DNA of 57,634 nt from a virus, in IMG/VR virus record IMGVR_UViG_3300045988_159412; one strand, 5' to 3'. The translations under genes were made by a program, and so were the position numbers. Shown here in pieces: positions 11,101 through 18,367 of this stretch; position 1 is the stretch's first letter; each line of letters begins with the position of its first letter. The notes under the pieces were generated by a model. The model ran no database searches and was not told where the DNA came from. It saw nothing but the letters and a program-made list of their open reading frames with translations.

Positions 11101-14100
11101 GCGTTACTGAATTCTGTTCTCTCTATCGCTAATGCAATGGCTTCCGGTAGCCGGAAGTTTATCTCCAACCAGCTTGCCGAAAGGCTTGCGAATCCCAAGA
11201 GCAACGAAGCGTTTAATGCGGACATGAAGACTGCATTGGATGCCACAGTAGCGGCCTTGAACGAAAGAGCGGAGGCGGCGAGCCGGAAGCAGTTGGAGCG
11301 CATTATTCAGGACGAGATAAACAGGAGGGTTGAGCAAGCGGACGCTAAAGCCAAGAAGGATTTCAACAGGGAAATGAAATTCCTCCGGGGTTTAATCTCC
11401 AAGGAAATAAGGAAAGACATCAAGGAGGAAAGAGCGGAGGCGGCGGCAGAGAAGAAGCTTGCCAGTAAAAGCATACAGAGCTTGCGAAGGCTTGCCGAGA
11501 ATGCTTTTAAGGACACCAAGGGGCGCTCTCGTTCTTTGGACGCACAAGCCAGAGAGGAGACTATGGATGCCCTTGAGGTTATGGCTATGTCTCCTTCCGA
11601 AGTTGCAACCCAGCTTGAAGTCTTGGATAGCACCATAGATGAGCTTCAAAACCAGCCTGCCACAGAAGAACTTGCTCTGGAACTGGAAAATCTGGAAAAC
11701 CAAAAGAATCTCCTTGAGGTGTTTGGTAGTGCGTTGTATCGGGAGAAGATGCCTAACGGAAGGTATAAGTATGCTCTCAATGCACAGCAACTTGCGGAAG
11801 CAGTTAAGACATTGAAGGAGCTACAGCGTGAAGGGCGACTCCGCAGGAAAAAGGTTAATGAACGTATTGAGCGCTTCTATAATGATTTTAACGCTAAAAT
11901 CAATGAGCGAGTAGGAGGAGAGAAGAATCGTGATGCCCTTAGAAAAGCCGTAATGGAAAGGGACCAACGGGGAACGGGCTTTTTAGATAGAATCTTCACG
12001 CAATTCATGAGCCTTCAACAACTCCTCGAAGTGATGTCTTCCATGAAATCCTTTAAGGACATAGGGACATTCTTGCAGAACAACGTCCAATTCGCAGAGC
12101 AACAGCGAGGGGTAGAAAAAGAAAAGGCTACGTCCAATGCGATTCGCATCATGCGTGGAATGATGGAGATTGCAGGGCAGAACTCTCCAAGGTATTTTGA
12201 TGAGCTTTCTACAAAAACTATTCCCTTTATGGGGCATGAGCTAACCAAGTATGGCCTTGTAAAAGTCTATCAGACATTGAGAGAGAAGGATGGCTTGGCT
12301 GTATTGAGAGAAAACCTTGGAGACAAGGGGATGGATTTCGGCAACTATCGTAAGTACCAACAGGAGTTGGAGGGCTTAAACAAGAGCCTTGATGATGGCG
12401 CCATTACTTCCGAAGAGTTTGAGTCCAATCTGGAAGTCATTGAAGAAGAATACCTTGCGAGGAAGGAAAAAGATATTGCCAAGCTATTGGAATTGCTTGG
12501 GCCGGATGGGCTTTACCTTGCTGACGAGTTACAGAACCTGTATCGGGAAAAGGGCGAGAAGCTACGGGCGTTCATGGCAGAGAACTATGGCCAGACGGTT
12601 ATCCTTGATGACTACTATACGCCCCGCAATATTGCCGCCTATAATACAATGCAAGAAGGGGATATGGATGCTTACAGTAAGGGACACGTCACAAGGACGG
12701 GCTTGCCCTCTTACGCAAAGCACCGGAACACTCCCTCTTCGGCGGCGCTCTCTCTGGAAATAAACCCTCTTGGGGAATATCTTCGTTATAGCTCTATCAT
12801 GGAGGGGTGGATGACAGCTTCGGAACTGGTCAACTTCAACAACCGGGTATGGGCTAATCCCACAACGAATGCACAGTTGCAGAAATTATTAGGCCCAGCC
12901 AATTTCGAGGCGGCAAACAAAGCCCTGTATTACTTCATCAACGAGGGGCGTGTGTATGCCCAAAAGAGCATGTTGGCAGAGGTAATGGGGAAAGTGTTCC
13001 AAGTATTGGCTAAGACAAGGATTGCTTTCTCCTTGGCTTCTCTGGTGCGCTCTGGGGCGGCTTTGTTCAACCCTATCGTTGGTAGCAACTTCTCCATGAT
13101 GGAAATTATCAAAGGCGTGGCAGAGGTGACAAGCGGGAACTATAAAGGTTTTACCCTTGAAGAGCTTCGTGACTTGGAGGCAATGAAGGAACGTAAGTAC
13201 CGTGGATGGGAAGACCGTGTGCTTGCCGATAAGGCATTAAGCATTCCCCTAAAAAAACAAGCGCAATGGGGATATTGGCAGGAAGCGGGCATGAGCGGCC
13301 TTATGGCTTTTGACTGGTGGAGCATATCTTTTGTGAATCAGCTGACCTCCCACATGCTTGCTAATCGCGGTTTGTCGCATGAACAGATAAGATGGGAGCT
13401 TAACAAAAACATCTACCAGACGGCACAGCCTTTATCTACCTCCGCTAAGGCTATCCACTTGATAGGTGGAAGCTCATTTGAGCAAGCCCAGTTCCTTTTC
13501 TTGTCCGACGTGATGAACAAGTTCGGCCTAGTGATGATGCAAGGCAAAAAGGATGTTCCTTTCTGGGAGGCTTTTCAGGGAGCCTTTCGTGTTTATACTA
13601 TTGCCGCTCTTGCTAATGGTCTCTTCAACGGCTTGGCTACAGGTTTGTTTGGCGATAAAGACAAAGAGGACGACTTCATGAGCAACTTCTTATTGACTTC
13701 GGTATTGAGTCCGATTGTTTCTGTCCCTATGTTCGGCGGGTTTGCAGAGTGGTGCGCTTCCCTTATTAGCGGTGGTAAGCAATTCAGTCTGGGACGAGCC
13801 GATATGGCTGATTTATCCAAATCAATTCAAGGCTTAGTCAGAAGTATTGTGAAGACGTATGAGACTGTATCGGAAAAATGGGACAAGGAAGGTGCTTTGA
13901 CTACCAATGATTACATTGATATGGTTTCCTATGTAGGCAAAAATATTGGGAGTGTCGCATCGGCTACCACAATATTTGGTACTTCTGGGCAGAGTATGAC
14001 CAAAGCTCTAGAGATGGTAGGTGCATTATCAAATGCCCTTTCACAAGCTAAGACGACCACACAGAAATTCCTTCCAGAGTCAGTAAATCCCCTCTATACC

Positions 14101-14256
14101 GAAAAAGAAGCTATGAAGGAGAGGGCTAGGCAGATAAGAAGGGAGAAGAAGAAGGCCAAGCAGGAAAACGGCGAAAGGTCAGCAACCTACAGAAAACTTT
14201 CACGGGAATTAAGGCAAATAAACAAACAGTTGAAGATAAGGGGCTGGGAAGACTAG
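8104..14256 (+). CDS. tape-measure-like protein, ~2050 aa
   Basis: Gly/Ala-rich hydrophobic stretches in the N- and C-terminal thirds (e.g. VTGSTLLASGGGPVSMAATGMAVGSMVYG; LANGLFNGLATGLFG). Central charged coiled-coil (AEAASRKQLERIIQDEINRRVEQADAKAKKD...). This is the classic tape-measure architecture. First in-frame ATG (MEELSEQ) is at 8104; the track start at 8038 overlaps the upstream gene. Confidence 0.65.
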   Translation: MEELSEQPEDSILLDEIKKMNSGLASNKEQPEITEEDLEANPQAYSSEQIEGVLRNKRSIRTKLDDYLRMSSSLLPTTPREALDAVGTLREELQANGIDPEYERYREKIKRNEDIVYSVTRYINPTTGLFGDVPAQDVTNNKLEKILSAEQIRDFNNAPQFMRDKYVFNRIVENFFPEGEMDKGYALELLKKHYQTDSMHGVVSKYAQELQRNKDEETAYNEASTRFFDSFIETGGDYQKAIDSLEGNLNLYAENIFNQEPALKYIYQRAYNSVSWIKDEYIESGELDWDKMADRLLKLGEGETFSLAIQMLPYMLPKDDRTWLTQAIDDTASDVSRFARLMVDGGGDSAQAERLALAIQQEYRQGRDMPTSWLGIAAKVATDQVPKITAVTGSTLLASGGGPVSMAATGMAVGSMVYGSTVGLEAYRTNSSRAGALTYGVTVGALEGLLENVTLGVGALASKGIKVAEAGRKMASVAGRVPATVRGAAAGALSEYTQEVIADPIYVGLENVMRSAGFELTQQNTLKNWWETLDFTSPELLGATAILGGSIGAVGGYQANHLINRVGRSASALQAYGVPESEAVAIAEMPDGKERTNRLISALRNNRVSPDVQITNQQAGIFLNFLAKNAERFKDVELMPEISDNGDGTFNIVERDPVSGAEKVTTVTDEIAGTFMSQALQSNPGFIRALNIFAQEEIESGVGKETKIKSYTPDELRAKIQSTEDNNATIARLRALAVINQDPELLQSFRDGKVSIEDVANELEIVSAYRDGTIAVARGEANPLNILEEIIHARAISDLESGVISRSVIETQVRNYLEFLGRSAEEIGDLSNDVVLQEHLANMGKALATTPELFSAMPGNVQTILEWQKDAIAEVGNVFAEGALIKEAIEQGIVSPDFVKWSKSLATMAERRDGQDMAELVNGATGESILPMGQSLPSVRRRGTIDVTPSVRTINEAISNIVNGASERSIGQLHKLQRSMIKLSERFSQGKLTERGQQKALLNSVLSIANAMASGSRKFISNQLAERLANPKSNEAFNADMKTALDATVAALNERAEAASRKQLERIIQDEINRRVEQADAKAKKDFNREMKFLRGLISKEIRKDIKEERAEAAAEKKLASKSIQSLRRLAENAFKDTKGRSRSLDAQAREETMDALEVMAMSPSEVATQLEVLDSTIDELQNQPATEELALELENLENQKNLLEVFGSALYREKMPNGRYKYALNAQQLAEAVKTLKELQREGRLRRKKVNERIERFYNDFNAKINERVGGEKNRDALRKAVMERDQRGTGFLDRIFTQFMSLQQLLEVMSSMKSFKDIGTFLQNNVQFAEQQRGVEKEKATSNAIRIMRGMMEIAGQNSPRYFDELSTKTIPFMGHELTKYGLVKVYQTLREKDGLAVLRENLGDKGMDFGNYRKYQQELEGLNKSLDDGAITSEEFESNLEVIEEEYLARKEKDIAKLLELLGPDGLYLADELQNLYREKGEKLRAFMAENYGQTVILDDYYTPRNIAAYNTMQEGDMDAYSKGHVTRTGLPSYAKHRNTPSSAALSLEINPLGEYLRYSSIMEGWMTASELVNFNNRVWANPTTNAQLQKLLGPANFEAANKALYYFINEGRVYAQKSMLAEVMGKVFQVLAKTRIAFSLASLVRSGAALFNPIVGSNFSMMEIIKGVAEVTSGNYKGFTLEELRDLEAMKERKYRGWEDRVLADKALSIPLKKQAQWGYWQEAGMSGLMAFDWWSISFVNQLTSHMLANRGLSHEQIRWELNKNIYQTAQPLSTSAKAIHLIGGSSFEQAQFLFLSDVMNKFGLVMMQGKKDVPFWEAFQGAFRVYTIAALANGLFNGLATGLFGDKDKEDDFMSNFLLTSVLSPIVSVPMFGGFAEWCASLISGGKQFSLGRADMADLSKSIQGLVRSIVKTYETVSEKWDKEGALTTNDYIDMVSYVGKNIGSVASATTIFGTSGQSMTKALEMVGALSNALSQAKTTTQKFLPESVNPLYTEKEAMKERARQIRREKKKAKQENGERSATYRKLSRELRQINKQLKIRGWED

Positions 14257-14285
14257 TCCCCCCCTCAACCTAACCAACACTAACA

Positions 14286-15110
14286 ATGGCAATAAAAAAA
14301 AAGGTAAAAGCAGTAGAGCCGGAAGTGGTTTCCTCTGTTGAGCCAGAGGTGGCGGCAGTCCCCATGACAATGGCGGCGGCCACACCTCGCTCCAACGGAC
14401 AATCGTCCAACGGCTTTGCTAAGGTAGAACAGGGGAAATCCTATGTTCTATCCGTCAATGCCCCTTCTGGTTCGGCAGAAGTCGAACTATTGGCGGCAGA
14501 TAGTGATACACAAAGCGAACCTGACATGTTTTCTCTTCTTTACACGAAAGTGGAGAACTCTATGCAGATTCCCTTTGTGGCTGTTTCTTCTTGGGTATAT
14601 GTGCAAGCAGGTAATAGTAGCATTAACTGGCTTGTAACACCGGCAAATTTTAGTCTCGCCGTTCCCGGTGTGTCGTCCGGTGGCGGCGAAAGCTTTGACC
14701 CCGCTTCTGACTACAACATTTCAGGGAAATGGAAGTTTACACAGCCCCTTAAAATTGCAGAAGCAACGGTAGCGACAGAGGCTGTAACTCTAGGGTATGT
14801 TAAGGCACGATTCCAGCAGACTGTTGACATAATTTCAACACAAACCATAGGCGGCACTAAGACCTTCTCTGCGTCTCCTGTAGTTCCAATTCCTACTATG
14901 CAAAACCAAGCGGCTAACAAAAACTACGTTGACGCTAATATTATCCAAGTGAAGAGCCTGTTGGAAAAAACTATGGGCTATGTGGAAATGACGGAAGCGG
15001 AGTATAACGCTCTTAGCGAAAAAGCAAACAACTGTATTTACTATCTAACCGACAAATCTATGTGGGCTATCGGCGACAAGCAGCTTGTCACGTCTGATAT
15101 GCCTGCGTGA
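14286..15110 (+). CDS. tail fibre protein, 274 aa
   Basis: C-terminal motif IGGTKTFSASPVVPIPTMQNQAANKNYVDANI matches the conserved G-x-KTF...P...P...A-x-NK-x-YVD signature of phage tail fibres. Directly downstream of the tape-measure-like gene. Confidence 0.65.
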   Translation: MAIKKKVKAVEPEVVSSVEPEVAAVPMTMAAATPRSNGQSSNGFAKVEQGKSYVLSVNAPSGSAEVELLAADSDTQSEPDMFSLLYTKVENSMQIPFVAVSSWVYVQAGNSSINWLVTPANFSLAVPGVSSGGGESFDPASDYNISGKWKFTQPLKIAEATVATEAVTLGYVKARFQQTVDIISTQTIGGTKTFSASPVVPIPTMQNQAANKNYVDANIIQVKSLLEKTMGYVEMTEAEYNALSEKANNCIYYLTDKSMWAIGDKQLVTSDMPA

Positions 15111-15150
15111 TAGTCCCCTCTCCCGATTTCGGGGGGGGCATAACTCTTTT
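15111..15150 (+). terminator. putative rho-independent terminator after the tail-fibre gene
   Basis: GC-rich hairpin cccctctcccga-ttt-cgggggggg followed by ataactctttt, immediately after the stop at 15110. Confidence 0.4.
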
Positions 15151-15163
15151 ATAATCAATAGCA

Positions 15164-15527
15164 ATGTACTTATATAATACAACAATCCAATCAGCTGAAT
15201 TAGCCACAGGCAGTGCTGTTGCTGTGACACTCCCAGAAGATGCTCCAGAGGGCATGTATGAAATACGCTTCATTAGTGCAACACCAACAGGAACTTGCCT
15301 CATTAAAAGAGGATTGGATTGTCACGGAAGCTGTGCTTTTCCCGAGCGTTGATGACCCGTCAGAAACTGTAGAGATAGAAGTTTCTGCTAGACACACCTC
15401 AATAAAACTTTCTGACCCTCGCGTACCTATAAAATTTTTCACGTCATGCGAGATTCCTGCTCTAAAAAAGAAAGACAAGGATTTGATGGAGTTCTTAAAA
15501 TGGATAGCAGAAACAAGGTTAGAATAA
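15164..15527 (+). pseudogene. two overlapping small ORFs (62 aa at 15164..15352; 95 aa at 15240..15527) in different frames; possibly one frameshifted small gene
   Basis: Both translations look protein-like. The frames overlap around an A4 run (cattaaaagagg) where a 1-nt shift would fuse them into about 120 aa. Confidence 0.25.
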
Positions 15528-15793
15528 ATACTCGACATGAACAACACTTCATCCTAGTATACCAACAGTTGCTATTCCGGTAGCCACTGTATATAGGTGT
15601 TTCAATGTCATAAAGACAGGGCCTCCGTTAAAAGCGAGGGTCCTGTTTTTTATGCGTGTTCGAGCAACTTGTAAGCTTTCCTTACAAGTTCGATGAACTG
15701 TAAAGAAAAACTTTACAGTTGACCAAGGGAACAGGATTTGGTCTAATGCTCTTGGAAGAATTCATTTCTTCTTTCGTTGTGCATATTCGAGCG

Positions 15794-15847
15794 GAGCAGC
15801 TTCGGGGTTTTTTCTCATGTTTTACCCGAAGCTGCTCTTCTTTTTTG
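15794..15847 (+). terminator. strong hairpin (13-bp perfect stem gagcagcttcggg/cccgaagctgctc, 18-nt loop) followed by ttcttttttg; terminator-like or structured RNA element
   Basis: Stem arms at 15794-15806 and 15825-15837 are exact reverse complements. T-run at 15838-15847. Lies inside the 1.5-kb non-coding region. Confidence 0.5.
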
Positions 15848-16646
15848 TCTTGAAACAGGCCTGATGTAAAAAATATGTGTTGTATGACACAACTATAATT
15901 AACTAATAACCATATACTTATGTCACACAATGTTCCGTTTCGAGCGTTTTCGATGTCAAACTTTAGGCTTGACTTTTTGAGGGGTGTGTCGTTAAAATCT
16001 TGTTCAAGGAACAGGGCGGTTAAGTTGATTGTCTTCCTTTGGCCGCTCCAAGGCTCAATCTCCCTCGTGGTTAGCAACAACCAAGTGTTTAGCAAATAAC
16101 TTGGTTCTCTACAAGAAAAGAGTTCGGATATGGCAAGCATATCCTTCATGATTTTTCAAAAGTTTTGATTTACGCCTATCGGCTATGGAGCCAAACAAAG
16201 TTGTGGGCTTGGTTAGAGAAACAACGGGATTAGAAAAGAATTGGTTTAAAAACATTTCTAATTTGGAACACGTTGGTTAGAGAAAGTATGTAAGAATAAA
16301 CCATTTAATATTTAATTATCAGTTTTATTCCTTCGTTCGACTAACAGGTTGCATAGAGCGGCTAACAAGAGAGCCAAGTTCGAAGGTGTTAGCGAAACGA
16401 TAACATAGACCACTTCGAAGTTATTAACTACCGTCTCCAACCACAAAGGACGTTACACCGTATATACGCGCGCGCGAATTTATAAGAGAGGAAAACAAAA
16501 ACTTTTCTCTCTTTTGTATGACATTTTCAAAAAAAAAAAAAACATTGATTACTCTCTCGTTGCTTATTAGTATTGCTACATCGTTCAGGAAATACACCAT
16601 GTAGCTCCTAACGAAAAACAACCAATAACCAAAACTAATAAATAGT

Positions 16647-17180
16647 ATGGAACGAAAAAAAATAAACGGAGAGGAATTTCCGAAAAGCCTGTTGAGAGGA
16701 CTTATTGCCATGTTTGACGATAATCCTGTTAGGAGCGCCATGTTTATGACTGATTTTGAAGACTTGTGTAAGAAAGGTATTGATTTAAATCCTGATTGCA
16801 ACGTCTGGTATAGAATCAGTCCTGACGCTATCGACTTAGTTGACGAATTGGAGATTTCCGAAGAGGGTAAAACAACCATTAAGAAGAAAATCTCCAATCT
16901 TATCGGAGCGCCTGTTTTCCATGTTGGTGAAAACGCTAAGACTGATTCGCTTGTTGTGGCGGGTCTAGTCGAAGGCAAAATGATTGGCTTTGATAAAAAG
17001 TATTTCTATAAGATTAAATCCAAGCCTTACATGAAGAAGCTGAAAAAGGCGCTCTTCGTTTCCGCTTCTTGGGAAGAATTTATCAAACCTCTTATTTATA
17101 CCATCAGAGGATTTGGGCTTGATAAGTGCGCTAGCTTCCCTAGTATTGAGGCGAAGCGTTCCGATGAAGAAGAAGATTAA
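16647..17180 (+). CDS. hypothetical protein, 177 aa, acidic C-terminus
   Basis: ATG ORF with an A-rich leader. The competing 184-aa antisense ORF is low-complexity. Confidence 0.55.
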   Translation: MERKKINGEEFPKSLLRGLIAMFDDNPVRSAMFMTDFEDLCKKGIDLNPDCNVWYRISPDAIDLVDELEISEEGKTTIKKKISNLIGAPVFHVGENAKTDSLVVAGLVEGKMIGFDKKYFYKIKSKPYMKKLKKALFVSASWEEFIKPLIYTIRGFGLDKCASFPSIEAKRSDEEED

Positions 17181-17538
17181 CCTTGCAGTCTTGAATAACT
17201 TTTTAACGTTCCTGAACAATGTTCATGAGCTAACCGAGCGAGGTTGGGTTCATGAGGCAACAGGGACAATGTATAAAAAGTGTTCAAAGCTTTTCGACAC
17301 ATTCAAAGAGTCCTATTCAGGCAATTCCCTAAGCCCCGATAAAGACATCGTTATGGAGGAGGTTTCCTTAACAGAGACACCTAGTGATGACGAAGTACTT
17401 GAGGTGCTTAGGGAAGAATGTGACGAGATTTGCGAATACCTTTATGAGGTAGCCGGACAAGAATCATTTTTAGTTTCACAAGTAGATGAAATTAAAACTG
17501 TTTTGAGTCAGCAACTATTTGTTGCTAGGAAGGTGTAG
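17164..17538 (+). CDS. hypothetical protein, ~124 aa
   Basis: ATG (MKKKINLAV) overlaps the upstream stop by 17 nt. The track's longer start at 17113 would run deep into the preceding gene. Confidence 0.5.
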   Translation: MKKKINLAVLNNFLTFLNNVHELTERGWVHEATGTMYKKCSKLFDTFKESYSGNSLSPDKDIVMEEVSLTETPSDDEVLEVLREECDEICEYLYEVAGQESFLVSQVDEIKTVLSQQLFVARKV

Positions 17539-17662
17539 CAAAACCCTGCCATATGAGTTTATGAGCTAGGGTGAAAATCAATCCAAATCAAACAACTAAT
17601 CATATAAAAGTAGGAAGTGTGGTATATACCGTAGGTCAACCTTCCCGGCTCCCTCGTAAGAC

Positions 17663-17710
17663 CTCCGCACTACGGGCGTAAAATGCGTTAGTAGTGCGGA
17701 GTTTTTGTTT
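17663..17710 (+). terminator. rho-independent terminator or leader hairpin (11-bp stem ctccgcactac/gtagtgcggag plus tttttgttt)
   Basis: Perfect stem at 17663-17673 and 17691-17701 followed by a T-run. Ends only 14 nt before the next ATG at 17724. Confidence 0.55.
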
Positions 17711-17723
17711 GTATAGGAAAACA

Positions 17724-18116
17724 ATGAATGTTATTTGTCCATGTATGAAGACAACTTACACGTTCGAAGCGCTAGTAGAGGCTGTTGCTGTTCAGGCTGG
17801 GTTAGATACTAGTGTTCCCGAAGACCACACCAAGGCGTGTGAGCTTGCCACATGGATGCTTGACGAAGGATATTCTTCTATCGTCCTGACTCATGCGGCA
17901 GAGTTTGCAGAGGAAAAGGGTGTTCCTGCCAAATGGATTGCCCTTGTCAGCGCCATCATTGGTGCTGTTATTGCCTTTTTCTGTACTACTGGTTGTGCCA
18001 ACACATCCTTTACTTTGTCTGGTGAACAGGGCGGGCAGATTAGCTATAGCGTTGACGAAAACGGGAACCTCATTATCTCCGGCAAGCCTCCTGTCGTCCA
18101 AAAACTCAAGAAGTGA
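17724..18116 (+). CDS. membrane protein, ~130 aa, single C-proximal TM helix (WIALVSAIIGAVIAFFCTT); possible holin-like protein
   Basis: First ATG after the hairpin (MNVICPCMK). Hydrophobic helix followed by a polar tail. First of three co-oriented small genes. Confidence 0.5.
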   Translation: MNVICPCMKTTYTFEALVEAVAVQAGLDTSVPEDHTKACELATWMLDEGYSSIVLTHAAEFAEEKGVPAKWIALVSAIIGAVIAFFCTTGCANTSFTLSGEQGGQISYSVDENGNLIISGKPPVVQKLKK

Positions 18117-18121
18117 CGTTA

Positions 18122-18367
18122 ATGCCGACAACAAAAATTGCTTCTCTTCTTCAAGTTGTTAAGGATTATAAGGAGATTGTAATCCTGTTCGCTCCTTTGG
18201 TATGTTGCTTCTTTCTGTATCAGGACAACGTAAAAATGCGGCAGGACATGCTAAAGTTGCAACAAGACCAAGCTCATGCGACATTGAAGATTTCAGAAGC
18301 AATGGCTCAACAGGTAGAGCTTATTCGGCGCATTGATTATACTGTTACCTCTCTTCAAAACAAATGA
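18122..18367 (+). CDS. small membrane/coiled-coil protein, ~82 aa (TM IVILFAPLVCCFFLY, then heptad-like charged region); possible spanin- or holin-like protein
   Basis: Overlaps neighbouring genes by a few nt. TM plus coiled-coil layout. Confidence 0.45.
   Translation: MPTTKIASLLQVVKDYKEIVILFAPLVCCFFLYQDNVKMRQDMLKLQQDQAHATLKISEAMAQQVELIRRIDYTVTSLQNK

Noticed and set aside
15969-15998. Sigma70-like promoter TTGACT-N18-TAAAAT
   Set aside because: It is a single occurrence inside the non-coding region. Gene starts in this unit mostly lack Shine-Dalgarno sequences, suggesting a Bacteroidota-type host whose promoters differ (TTTG / TAnnTTTG). This cannot be verified without the host's identity.
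15111-16646. tRNA or other known RNA gene in the large non-coding region
   Set aside because: Short TpsiC-like strings (gttcgaa at about 16384) occur without a matching acceptor or anticodon-arm cloverleaf. No tRNA could be folded by eye. Only a covariance-model scan could settle this.
15682-16978. 155-aa (15682..16149) and 184-aa (16424..16978) minus-strand ORFs in or near the 1.5-kb non-coding region
   Set aside because: The 184-aa ORF overlaps the better plus-strand 177-aa gene. The 155-aa ORF runs straight through the 13-bp-stem hairpin and has no protein-like character. The region is treated as non-coding.
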